This document shows positions 9,587-18,800 of a stretch of DNA of 64,000 nucleotides, piece by piece (positions within the stretch are counted from its first letter, which is position 1; each line of letters begins with the position of its first letter). The stretch spans positions 47,729-111,728 of the IMG/VR virus record IMGVR_UViG_3300046002_008717; one strand, 5' to 3'. The stretch is from a virus. The notes beneath the pieces are model-generated. The model did not search any database and was not told the origin of the DNA. It saw only the letters and a program-made list of their open reading frames with translations. The translations under genes and the position numbers were made by a program.

Positions 9587-12500
9587 ATGGCAAATAAGGT
9601 AAAAATAGACTATTCACAATTTAGAGCATCTGGTGTATATACGCTTGAATTCGACGCGTCTCAAAACGTCATACTTACATCCCAAACTATTAGATTAGTA
9701 GTGGGATTCTCTAATAAGGGTCCTTTTAATACTCCAGTTTATATCCCGGACGTAACAACACTAATATCTATTTTTGGAGATGTGGATAGATCTCTTGAAA
9801 ATAATGGATCATTCTTCCAAAGATCGATACTAACCTGTTTAAACGCGGGACCGGTTTTTGCTTTGAATCTTTTAAAAGTAAACGATGATATAACATCAGC
9901 AGATCCTGATACGGTAACGTATAAATCATACTCGCTTGATACTGAAGAAATTAATGGTGTACCAACAAGCAAATTATATTCATCGTATTATAATAAAGAA
10001 AGATTTTGGTTCCCAGATACTAATTACTTTTTAGCAACACTAGGAACAGTAGATCAAGGTAAGTTATTAAATTTAACAAATCTTGGTAAATCTCCTATGA
10101 GTATAATAATTAGAAAATCTTCTGATTCATCTAAACCAATTAAAGGGTATGATATTTTTGCAGTAGATTGGTACGGATCTGATAAAGTTCCTACTTTTAT
10201 GAATCCTTATGATTATATGTCTGATTACTTTATAGATGTAATAGGAGTTTATGGAGACTGGACAAACTATCAGGCATTAGCATTAGATCCTAAATGGAGC
10301 AACTATTTTACCAATAACGGATTTAAAAAATCCATGATGGATTCATTTCTTGCTAGCCCTGACGTTTCTATAGTAACATCAGTTACCGGATGTATAATCC
10401 CTGATTTTGTAGACCTTAATGGAATAAATCAATATATACAAACCTTAATAAATAACAATACGCCTTCTAGTGGATTATTTTGTGCAATTGACGAAAGAGC
10501 ATTTGATGATATATGTGAGAGCACATCGAGAATAGATTTAGTTGGTCACCATTTAATAGACGGAAGAGATGTTAATAACGAATTTGCTATAACAAGAGTA
10601 AATTTCTTAAGTTACGATCAGGCTTTATCTGCAGATTATTTATATGCACAAAATTCTATTGGTATTACAGGGGCTACTGGATTTACCGGACCTGTTGGAG
10701 GTACTGCTTATACTGCAGGAATAAATACAGGAACACTATTTACATTAACAGGAGCAACAAGTGGTGTTATATCCGGATCATTTTTACCATACAGCAGTTC
10801 TGCATATGATATGGGATTACATTATCTAGAAACATCTGGTGTAACTGGATCAGCAGGAGGATTTGAAACAGCAGCACAAAAAACACAATTGAAAACATTC
10901 CTATCCGTATCTTCATCTAGCGATCAGAAATTTATATTGGGTGTTGTTACTGGAGTATCAGGAACAACTGCTACGGGTTTTGCTGAAGCAGATTTAATTA
11001 AATTGAAAGTTACAGGAACAAAAGAAATTGGTGGAGAACTTAGAATATATTTTACACATCCACTAGATACAAGTTTTTACAGAGGACAAGGAATAGTAGT
11101 AAAGCCTACTGATAATTTAGCTTCACTAAGCTCTAGTTTATATGCAGCTTCATACCAATTTGGTAATTCTGATTACATAGACATAGCAAGTATTGCTACT
11201 CCTAGTGGTATAACTGGACCAGGTGCACCATTTGGTGTTGCTAATACGTTAATTGGATACAATGCTTCGAAATTATATCAAGATAATAAATACGCAGAAG
11301 TTGTAAATAGTGATGTAATATGGTTGGATACCGTCGGTACACAACAGCAACATCTAGGTTTCGAATCTACTGTAGATAGAGATTTATTTAGCTTAGTATA
11401 TGCTAGATCATTCAGTAACGAATCGCTTGATAATACAACAATAACAGATATAGCTGCTTTCGGAACAGATTATACTACATATGGTACACAAGCGGGAGCG
11501 GGTACAACCAATATAGTTTCACAGGTTGGATCTATAAATTCATTAGTACCTTGTACATCAGTTGATGAATATACAATATTAATAACTAATGACTCTAATG
11601 GAAATGCTCCTCTATCGGTTGGAGATCTATTAGTTTCTAAGGAAGTTGATATATGTACATCCACTACAGGTGCAACACAAAAAAGATTAACAAAAGTAAA
11701 ATCGGTAGCTAAAACTACAACATCAGGAACATATAAGGTTATTGCAGCAAGACCTATAGAAATAACTAGTAATAGTGAAGTTAGAAAATTTCAATCTATA
11801 GCTCAATTTACTAAATCCTTTAATTTTACATATCTTAACGGATTTAAAACTAAAGCAGCGCATAGACCGAATGGAACAGATGCAAGAGTAACTGAACTTC
11901 TTGAAGTTTTATATACTACCAATATAGCTAAAACCTTGGCATCTAAGGATATTATATCATTCAGATACATCGTTGATACATTCAGTGGTCAAATTTTACC
12001 TAGTTCTAAAAATGAATTAAGTAGACTTGCTAAACTGAGACAACAATCATTGGCTATAATAAATGCACCATCTATAGCACAATTTAGAAATAGCACAGAT
12101 CCTAGATTTACAGATGAGCCTACGAGCACAAACCCGTATCCAAAATTAAATACCTCTTATATCGTATCGGGTGGTAATTTGGCATTGAATCCAACATATA
12201 CATTCAGTTTACCTACTGATGATGAAGGTGCTAGATTTAGTGCATTTTATTCTCCTTATATAGTAGTAAGAGACGGAAATAGAAACGTAAACATTCCGCC
12301 TGCAGCACACGTTTCTAATAATTTTATTAGAAAATTTGCTAACGGTGAACCGTATGCTATTATAGCTGGTCAAAAAAGAGGAATATTAAGTGGTGGCAAT
12401 GTAGTTGGAGTTGAATACGAATATGATGATGATGATAGAGGAAACTTGGAAGTATTTGGTATAAATCCTATAGTAAAAAGAAAAGGTGTTGGTGTTATCA

Positions 12501-12880
12501 TATTTGGTAACCAAACAGCATATCAAGAGGTAAATTCAGCATTTAATCTAGTTCACGTTAGAGATCTATTAATAAGTATAGAAAGTGACGTTCAAGAAAT
12601 ATTGGCTAATTATCTATTTGATTTCAATGAAGATTCTATAAGATTAGAAATAAAAACTTTAGTTGATAATTATTTAGATGGTGTTAGATCAGGTGGAGGT
12701 ATATACTCATACCAAACAATAATGGATGCATCTAATAATACACCAGCTATTATAGATAAGAATATGGGTATAATAGACGTTATAGTAGAACCAACTAGAG
12801 GTATACAAAAATTCATTAATAGAATAACAGTTACTAGAACAGGTGGTATTGCTGCTGGTGGATTTATACAATTTGTATAA
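9587..12880 (+). CDS. Contractile tail sheath protein (gp18-like) with inserted domains
   Basis: N-terminal SGVYTLEFD..VVGFSNKGPFNTP; C-terminal IPPAAHV, AGQKRG, INPIV, IFGNQT, VHVRDLLI, FDFN, NNTPAIID. Confidence 0.93.
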   Translation: MANKVKIDYSQFRASGVYTLEFDASQNVILTSQTIRLVVGFSNKGPFNTPVYIPDVTTLISIFGDVDRSLENNGSFFQRSILTCLNAGPVFALNLLKVNDDITSADPDTVTYKSYSLDTEEINGVPTSKLYSSYYNKERFWFPDTNYFLATLGTVDQGKLLNLTNLGKSPMSIIIRKSSDSSKPIKGYDIFAVDWYGSDKVPTFMNPYDYMSDYFIDVIGVYGDWTNYQALALDPKWSNYFTNNGFKKSMMDSFLASPDVSIVTSVTGCIIPDFVDLNGINQYIQTLINNNTPSSGLFCAIDERAFDDICESTSRIDLVGHHLIDGRDVNNEFAITRVNFLSYDQALSADYLYAQNSIGITGATGFTGPVGGTAYTAGINTGTLFTLTGATSGVISGSFLPYSSSAYDMGLHYLETSGVTGSAGGFETAAQKTQLKTFLSVSSSSDQKFILGVVTGVSGTTATGFAEADLIKLKVTGTKEIGGELRIYFTHPLDTSFYRGQGIVVKPTDNLASLSSSLYAASYQFGNSDYIDIASIATPSGITGPGAPFGVANTLIGYNASKLYQDNKYAEVVNSDVIWLDTVGTQQQHLGFESTVDRDLFSLVYARSFSNESLDNTTITDIAAFGTDYTTYGTQAGAGTTNIVSQVGSINSLVPCTSVDEYTILITNDSNGNAPLSVGDLLVSKEVDICTSTTGATQKRLTKVKSVAKTTTSGTYKVIAARPIEITSNSEVRKFQSIAQFTKSFNFTYLNGFKTKAAHRPNGTDARVTELLEVLYTTNIAKTLASKDIISFRYIVDTFSGQILPSSKNELSRLAKLRQQSLAIINAPSIAQFRNSTDPRFTDEPTSTNPYPKLNTSYIVSGGNLALNPTYTFSLPTDDEGARFSAFYSPYIVVRDGNRNVNIPPAAHVSNNFIRKFANGEPYAIIAGQKRGILSGGNVVGVEYEYDDDDRGNLEVFGINPIVKRKGVGVIIFGNQTAYQEVNSAFNLVHVRDLLISIESDVQEILANYLFDFNEDSIRLEIKTLVDNYLDGVRSGGGIYSYQTIMDASNNTPAIIDKNMGIIDVIVEPTRGIQKFINRITVTRTGGIAAGGFIQFV

Positions 12881-12905
12881 TAAAATATAAAGATAATAAT
12901 TAATT

Positions 12906-13460
12906 ATGGCAGGATTATCACACTATAACAATGGAATATCGGCAATCAATAAACAGGAGCCTGTTTATTTGAATCAATTCGAAGTAAGTATAATACCTCC
13001 TGGAGTTATAGCGGGAGGTAAAATATTACTGGAGCATGTCACAAAAGTTAGTGGACTTTCTCTAGATAAAAATCCAGGAATAATACAACAGAAATTTAAA
13101 TTCGCTAAAAGGAATTATGCTGGTGGTAAACCTGAGAATACCTTTATGGATTTGAGTTTAAGTTTTAATGTCAATTTGGACGAATCTAATTCAATGTATG
13201 TTTTCAAAACATTAAGACAATGGTCGGATTTAATATACAATCCGCTAACTGGAGCAATGGGATTAAAAAATGATTACGTCGGAACTATAGTCATATCGAT
13301 ATTTAATAAGCAGGGTGATGTATATAGAAGAATTACATGTAAAGATGCATTTCCAATTAAACCTATAACTCCGATGAATCTAAATTATACATCTACAGAT
13401 CTATATAAAATAGATGATATGGTTTGGGCAGTTGATGTTTGGGAGGATCTATTCATATAA
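12906..13460 (+). CDS. Tail tube protein, paralog 1 (gp19-like)
   Basis: Directly after the sheath; EPVYLNQFEV, RNYAGG, RQWSDLIYNPLTG, DAFP motifs of gp19-type tubes. Confidence 0.85.
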   Translation: MAGLSHYNNGISAINKQEPVYLNQFEVSIIPPGVIAGGKILLEHVTKVSGLSLDKNPGIIQQKFKFAKRNYAGGKPENTFMDLSLSFNVNLDESNSMYVFKTLRQWSDLIYNPLTGAMGLKNDYVGTIVISIFNKQGDVYRRITCKDAFPIKPITPMNLNYTSTDLYKIDDMVWAVDVWEDLFI

Positions 13461-13475
13461 AATAATAATAAATAA

Positions 13476-14051
13476 ATGTCAGGATTATCACATTTTAACA
13501 ATTCAAAAGCGGGAATACTTAATAGAGAACCAGTTTTTCTTAACCAATTCTCTCTTATTATAAATCCTCCAGCAGGAATACTGGATGCAGGAAAACAATT
13601 TAATGGAGAAAGTATACTTGCACAGCAAGTAAAATCCATAACAGGATTGGCTGTAGATATCACACCAGCACAAACAGTGGAGCAACATTATAAATTTGCT
13701 ACCAGAAGATATGCAGGCGGTGAGCCATCTACTAGTGATATGGCGTTATCTATGGAATTTGAAGTCAATTTGAATGATAAGAATTCTATGGAAGTATATA
13801 AAATATTAAGACAGTGGTCAGATTTAATCTACAACCCTCTAACTGGAGCTATGGGATTGAAAACAGATTACGTTGGATCTATGCTTATTACTGTATTTAA
13901 CAAAAGAGGTGATATATTTAGAAAAATTAGAATACCATCATGTTTCTTAAGTGAAGCTATAAACCCAATGGATCTTGATTATGAAACTCCAGCTATTTAT
14001 ACAATAACTGCTTCATGGATATGCGATACGTGGGAAGATTTATTCATATAA
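13476..14051 (+). CDS. Tail tube protein, paralog 2 (gp19-like)
   Basis: Clear paralog of 12906..13460, sharing RQWSDLIYNPLTGAMGLK.DYVG and C-terminal WEDLFI. Confidence 0.85.
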   Translation: MSGLSHFNNSKAGILNREPVFLNQFSLIINPPAGILDAGKQFNGESILAQQVKSITGLAVDITPAQTVEQHYKFATRRYAGGEPSTSDMALSMEFEVNLNDKNSMEVYKILRQWSDLIYNPLTGAMGLKTDYVGSMLITVFNKRGDIFRKIRIPSCFLSEAINPMDLDYETPAIYTITASWICDTWEDLFI

Positions 14052-14072
14052 ACGTTAAAGTTTTCAAAATCC

Positions 14073-14101
14073 GAAACCTTATGTCAATTACAAGCTAAGA
14101 T
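14073..14101 (+). promoter_or_regulatory. Putative middle-type promoter GAAAC-N18-TAAGAT
   Basis: Similar to the GAAAC/TAnnnT motifs elsewhere. It points into a stretch with no substantial ORF that ends in a terminator. Confidence 0.45.
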
Positions 14102-14107
14102 AATTAT

Positions 14108-14256
14108 CTAATGGGACCCGGCGATAAATACTATTACTATATAGTAATCTAAGAGGGTTTAATTTATATTCACTAGTTGAACCCTAAACTTATTATCTAA
14201 CCCCAGTTTTTGAATAAAAGTAATAATTAATAAAGACCTAATTTGGTCTTTTTTTT
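14108..14256 (+). ncRNA. Candidate structured small RNA (~150 nt)
   Basis: Nested complementary segments TGGG/CCCA, GATAAATA/TATTATC, ATTACTAT/ATAGTAAT and AGGGTTTAA/TTGAACCCT between a promoter-like motif and an intrinsic terminator. Only a 13-codon ORF is present. Confidence 0.4.
14232..14256 (+). terminator. Intrinsic terminator
   Basis: AAAGACC-TAATTT-GGTCTTT followed by a T run. Confidence 0.7.
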
Positions 14257-14302
14257 ATGTATGGTTATATATGTAATATAATAATAAAAATTAATATAAA
14301 TT

Positions 14303-15331
14303 ATGCAATTAGACATATCACCAGAAGAAATATTGAAAAATAAAGAAATGCAAGGTGGTCTTATTTATGATGAAGAAATTATAAGTGAAACACCAAAGTC
14401 TGATCTAATAGAAACTACACAAGATATAAAGGAAAGTATAGTTTTGGATCCAGAAATAATTTCTGTACCAAAAGTTGAATCTTCTCTTCCTCCTTCATTT
14501 GAATTGGGATGGAAAAATATACCGTTACATATATTACCATCTCGCGGTATTTTTTATCCAGAAGGAACTAGAATGGCAATATATCCAGCAGAAGTTAATG
14601 AGATACGACATTATTCTACAATAGATGAAGAAGATAGACTAGGTGTCGAAGAAAAACTTGGCTATATATTAGAGAGGTGTCTTAAAATAGATTTTCCTAA
14701 TGCTGGTATAGTTTCATATAAACATCTAAAACAAGAGGATAGATTTTTTGTAATAATGGCAATACGTGATTTATCGTTCGTTGTAGGTGAAAATGTAATA
14801 TTACTTACACCCAATAAAAAATGTAAAGATACAGACGAGTGTCCATTTTCTAATGGTATAGAACTTAGAACCGGTGCTCTAGATTTTTATGAGCTTGATA
14901 AGAAAGTATTAAAATATTATAATCCAAAAACTAGAAGTTTTGTATTTAATGTTAAAAAAATTAATAAAAGTATAGAAATGTTTATACCTAGTGTAGGAAT
15001 AAATCAAGCGATTACTAATTTTATGGTATATGCAAATAATAATTCTATAGAAGTGGATGAGGGTTTTATAAAAATTGCTCCTTTCCTATTTGACGATTGG
15101 CAGAAAGTAACCAATACTAGTATACTTTTAGCATTCAGAGAATCTGATAATTGGACTAAAGAAGAATATAGTTTATATTTCGAATTATCAGAAATTATAA
15201 AAATCGGTACAAAACTAGGCATTAAACAAAGATGCCCAGTTTGTGATGAGGAGGTCACTGCCGATATTGCCTTTCCCTTTGGGCTCAGATCTCTTTTCGT
15301 TATTTCAGATATCTTTGGACAATTACTTTGA
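14303..15331 (+). CDS. Baseplate hub/tail assembly chaperone (T4 gp26-like)
   Basis: LPSRGIFYP motif, DRFFVIMAIRDLS, C-terminal CPVC...FPFGLRSLF. Located between the tube genes and the tape-measure-like gene. Confidence 0.65.
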   Translation: MQLDISPEEILKNKEMQGGLIYDEEIISETPKSDLIETTQDIKESIVLDPEIISVPKVESSLPPSFELGWKNIPLHILPSRGIFYPEGTRMAIYPAEVNEIRHYSTIDEEDRLGVEEKLGYILERCLKIDFPNAGIVSYKHLKQEDRFFVIMAIRDLSFVVGENVILLTPNKKCKDTDECPFSNGIELRTGALDFYELDKKVLKYYNPKTRSFVFNVKKINKSIEMFIPSVGINQAITNFMVYANNNSIEVDEGFIKIAPFLFDDWQKVTNTSILLAFRESDNWTKEEYSLYFELSEIIKIGTKLGIKQRCPVCDEEVTADIAFPFGLRSLFVISDIFGQLL

Positions 15332-15503
15332 TATTAAATTCAGATTACGGGCGGAACATAAAGTTGATATGATATGGATAGAAAATATACCATATTACGA
15401 ATATCAAATATTTCTTGACGGCTTAAATAAAAAAATAGAAAAAGATAATATGGAAGCCCAATCCAGTGATGGTGTAAAAGAGCTGTTTAACTTTAAAAAA
15501 TAA
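15315..15503 (+). CDS. Small gp51-like baseplate hub assembly protein (start uncertain; possibly reached by +1 frameshift)
   Basis: (S)LDNYFDIKFRLRAEHK.DMIWIENIPYYEYQIFLD resembles gp51-type SLENYY..NF.L...HKY....IEN..P.E. Overlaps the end of the upstream gene; nearest plausible start is TTG at 15315. Confidence 0.55.
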   Translation: MDNYFDIKFRLRAEHKVDMIWIENIPYYEYQIFLDGLNKKIEKDNMEAQSSDGVKELFNFKK

Positions 15504-15511
15504 GATATATA
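15504..15511 (+). promoter_or_regulatory. Putative late promoter GATATATA
   Basis: Exact motif 7 nt upstream of ATG 15519. Confidence 0.6.
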
Positions 15512-15518
15512 TTGTTAT

Positions 15519-17036
15519 ATGGCAGCAAGTGATCCCAAATTAATAGCACAATTACTAGATCTTAGTAGAAGTGTTAGCAGTCTTACATTGGAAGTTAAAA
15601 AAAATACCAATGTAAATTCCTCATTGACAGAAATAAATGAGGACATAAAAGAATCCAATGATATAGGAAAGGTTGCGGACGCTTTAAAAAATATAAATAT
15701 AAAAGACCTAAAATCTGAATTTGGTTCTTTATCCAAAAGTTTAAAGGATCTTGATTTTAATAATATAGCCAAAGAATTAAAAAATATAAATACTAAATCT
15801 GATGTTCTTAAAGATCTTGATATAAAAAAAATATCAGAGGGATTAAATGGATTAAAAAAATTAGATTTTAAAAACATAGCTAAAGATATAGGTAAAGACT
15901 TCGGTAAGGACCTTATTAAAAATGTTGATCTATCTAAAGGAATAGGCGGAATTAAGGATGTAGTTTCTGGATCTATCGGAGGTATAGGTAAAAAATTATT
16001 AGGTGCATTTGAGAACGGTGGGGATGTAAAGAAAAGTGGCAATTATTTGGTCGGAGAAAAAGGTCCGGAAATAGTTGATCTAAAAAAAGGTGCTAATGTT
16101 ATATCAAATAGTAATTTATCAGGGCTTAGCAAAAAAATTAAAGATACCCCAACAGCATCAGAAATAGAGGAAAAAAAGAAAAACCTAATTAAAGAGGATC
16201 CTGAATATTTAAGAGATCCTAAATATTTAGCTGATGAAATTGAATATTACATAGATAGCTACGATAGGAAGAAAAACCAGAAGGCATTTAGTAAAAATGA
16301 CTTTGCGAATTTATTAGCTCCTATTGCTAAGAAAAAAGAGGATGAAAAAATAGCAGGCCCTACGAATAAAAATGTTTTAAAGCCTAAACTAGAAGAGACA
16401 AAAATAGAAAACAATATAGTTACTAAAAAACCAAATCTTCTTTCTAAAATACAGGGAACATTAAATAGCGATGATATATTCAATAATATAACTCCTAATA
16501 AAATAATTGGGGGAGCAGCTAAACTTATAAACAAGAATAATAACCCATTAGTTAAAAACGGTCTTAATATTGCAACTAATCTATTATCTAATAAATCATC
16601 ATTAAAATTTAATGATATTGCTAAGGGTGTAATGAATAATCCAGAAATCAATGCTATTACTAGCAAGATATCTAAGATCGGTGATTTTGGAATAGGTGGG
16701 GGTATTAAAAAAAATCTTACTAAATTATCAATTCCATTAGCATCTAAAAATAATCAGGAAGCCATTCAACCCGATTCTGGTACATCCTCTAATAACAATG
16801 AACAAAAAATACAGGTACCAAATCAAATAAAAAACGAACCTAATTATCAGGAAGTTGCTAAAACTGAAAACGCAGTTAGTACGAAGACAGCAGAGAATGT
16901 ACAATCTGAGGGCTTATCTAAAATTGATGCTGATAATATGATAAGATTATTATCTGAGATGGTTAATTTATTAAAAGGTCCTCTTAGTGTATCTCCGATG
17001 GACTCCCCATTTAGACCAAATTCAAGAAAAGTATAA
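15519..17036 (+). CDS. Tape-measure/baseplate-hub-like tail protein
   Basis: Helical Lys-rich N-terminus plus GAFENGGDV...YLVGEKGPE motif common in tape-measure-type proteins. Follows the chaperone-like pair. Confidence 0.5.
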   Translation: MAASDPKLIAQLLDLSRSVSSLTLEVKKNTNVNSSLTEINEDIKESNDIGKVADALKNINIKDLKSEFGSLSKSLKDLDFNNIAKELKNINTKSDVLKDLDIKKISEGLNGLKKLDFKNIAKDIGKDFGKDLIKNVDLSKGIGGIKDVVSGSIGGIGKKLLGAFENGGDVKKSGNYLVGEKGPEIVDLKKGANVISNSNLSGLSKKIKDTPTASEIEEKKKNLIKEDPEYLRDPKYLADEIEYYIDSYDRKKNQKAFSKNDFANLLAPIAKKKEDEKIAGPTNKNVLKPKLEETKIENNIVTKKPNLLSKIQGTLNSDDIFNNITPNKIIGGAAKLINKNNNPLVKNGLNIATNLLSNKSSLKFNDIAKGVMNNPEINAITSKISKIGDFGIGGGIKKNLTKLSIPLASKNNQEAIQPDSGTSSNNNEQKIQVPNQIKNEPNYQEVAKTENAVSTKTAENVQSEGLSKIDADNMIRLLSEMVNLLKGPLSVSPMDSPFRPNSRKV

Positions 17037-17077
17037 TAAATAATCTGCATTTTATTTTTTTTACCGTATTTATAAAA

Positions 17078-17085
17078 TATATTTG
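17078..17085 (+). promoter_or_regulatory. Putative host-type (Bacteroidota TAnnTTTG) promoter element
   Basis: TATATTTG preceded by a T run and CCGTATT, 15 nt before ATG 17101. Near-identical context at 29650; motif also at 49854. Confidence 0.6.
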
Positions 17086-17100
17086 CGATAAAAATAAAAC

Positions 17101-17697
17101 ATGGATAAAAAAATCGGGAAAGATAGTATAACTAGTAATGGCCTGCATTTTCATAAAGGATTAAATTTTATGGATGATATATTCATGTCTCATAAGATGT
17201 GGGTAGTTAAAAAATCAAAATACGAGGGGGAATATATCGAAGCTTATTCTGATGATGTAGATTCTCCATTTTTATATCCAGATTATGGATCAAAAGATGA
17301 ATTATATTTAGAGATGGCATCAGTGTGGTCAAAAAATTCTCATTGTTCCAGAATGAAAGTTGGATGTCTTATAATCAATAACAAATCTATAATTTCCGAT
17401 GGTTATAATGGATCACCAGAGGGATTTCCTAACGTGTGCGAGAGCGATGATAATATAACCCTCCCGTACGTATTACACGCGGAAGCAAATGCAATTACCA
17501 AATTAGCAAAAGGTACGCAAAGCTCGATTGGATCAACTTTATATGTAACATTATCGCCATGTTATGAATGTTCCAAATTAATTATACAGTCGGGGATTAA
17601 AAAAATTGTATTTTCTGAGGTATATAGAAACCCTGAATCAATTTTTTTCTTAATAGAAGCAGGAATAGAGGTTTTAAAAATAGATAGAAATAAATAA
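17101..17697 (+). CDS. dCMP deaminase
   Basis: KVGCLI, DGYNG, HAEANAI and SPCYEC zinc motifs. Confidence 0.93.
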   Translation: MDKKIGKDSITSNGLHFHKGLNFMDDIFMSHKMWVVKKSKYEGEYIEAYSDDVDSPFLYPDYGSKDELYLEMASVWSKNSHCSRMKVGCLIINNKSIISDGYNGSPEGFPNVCESDDNITLPYVLHAEANAITKLAKGTQSSIGSTLYVTLSPCYECSKLIIQSGIKKIVFSEVYRNPESIFFLIEAGIEVLKIDRNK

Positions 17698-17698
17698 T

Positions 17699-18310
17699 AT
17701 GAAAAAAGAAACAAGCATTCAGAAGTTGGCTGAGAATTTTATAAATAACAAATCAGAGAAAACATTTAAATATCTATTTGAAAGATTGAGACCCGGCTTA
17801 TTAAATCATTGTTATCTAATACTGAAAGAAAATGATCTAGCCGAAGATGCTTTTTTAAGCGCCATGGCTAAAGTATATTTTAAAATAGATCAATACCAAC
17901 AGGACAAGGGTAATTTTTCAACATGGTGTTATAATATAGGCAAAAATGAGTCATTGCTTATCATAAAGGAGAGAAAAAAATACTATTCGCATAATGATAC
18001 GGAAATGGAATTTATTTCTGCAAAAAATGAAATAGGCGATATAGGTGGTTATTATGTGATGGAGGATGATAGTACAAATTCATTCTTTAATGATGAAAAT
18101 AAATTCGAAATGATATATGAAGCAGTATTGGAGGAAATAAGGGATCTACCCGATCTATATAGAGATATCATGATAGACAGGGAATTGCATAAAATGAAAT
18201 ATAAGGACATAGCAGAAAAGTATGATATGAAAAAAAGATCAGTAGCAACCAGAATTAGAAGAGCTAGAAATAAAATAACTAAGAAAATAGAAGAAAACCC
18301 AAAAATGTAG
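17699..18310 (+). CDS. Phage ECF-like RNA polymerase sigma factor
   Basis: Region 2 (AEDAF...YFKIDQY...GNFSTWCYNI.KN) and region 4 HTH (LPDLYRDI...MKYKDIAEKYDM..RSVATRIRRAR). Confidence 0.88.
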   Translation: MKKETSIQKLAENFINNKSEKTFKYLFERLRPGLLNHCYLILKENDLAEDAFLSAMAKVYFKIDQYQQDKGNFSTWCYNIGKNESLLIIKERKKYYSHNDTEMEFISAKNEIGDIGGYYVMEDDSTNSFFNDENKFEMIYEAVLEEIRDLPDLYRDIMIDRELHKMKYKDIAEKYDMKKRSVATRIRRARNKITKKIEENPKM

Positions 18311-18338
18311 GAAACCTTACATTTTTATTATCTATAAA
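18311..18338 (+). promoter_or_regulatory. Putative middle-type promoter GAAAC-N17-TATAAA
   Basis: GAAAC cttacatttttattatc TATAAA upstream of ATG 18357. Confidence 0.55.
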
Positions 18339-18356
18339 TAATAAAATATCAAAACC

Positions 18357-18800
18357 ATGTTTAGAATATTTAAAGTAATAAAAGAAATAATATTATATAG
18401 GGAATATATAAAAACTATAAAATACGAGGCTATGAATTCTCCTCTATGGAGTAGGAGAAATTTAAGAATCGATTATCTTAATCGTATATACACTGTTGTT
18501 AATTTGCCAGCTGCTATATTGATGTCTACCGATTTACCAAAGGATGCTAGACCTTCATTTGTTATAAACGAAATAAAACCAACTAACGAATATTTAAAAT
18601 CCATAAATTTGGAGGAAATCCTTACTATGTGGATAGAACCTATAAAAAATACAAATGAGGAATCTTATCTTGTTGTATATCAATTTTTGTTTAGACAAAT
18701 AAGTTGGTTATGGATTCTTAGATTTATCACACAATTGGTATTAATATTTTTAATAATTTATAATTTTAGTACTATATCTACATTTTTTAATAGTCTGTGA
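18357..18800 (+). CDS. Hypothetical protein with C-terminal transmembrane segment
   Basis: 147-aa ORF with a hydrophobic C-terminus (WLWILRFITQLVLIFLIIYNF). Confidence 0.7.
   Translation: MFRIFKVIKEIILYREYIKTIKYEAMNSPLWSRRNLRIDYLNRIYTVVNLPAAILMSTDLPKDARPSFVINEIKPTNEYLKSINLEEILTMWIEPIKNTNEESYLVVYQFLFRQISWLWILRFITQLVLIFLIIYNFSTISTFFNSL

Noticed and set aside
14108-14256. tRNA gene in the intergenic gap
   Set aside because: No T-arm GTTCRA motif or cloverleaf; kept only as a generic ncRNA candidate. No tRNAs were recognised elsewhere in the window.
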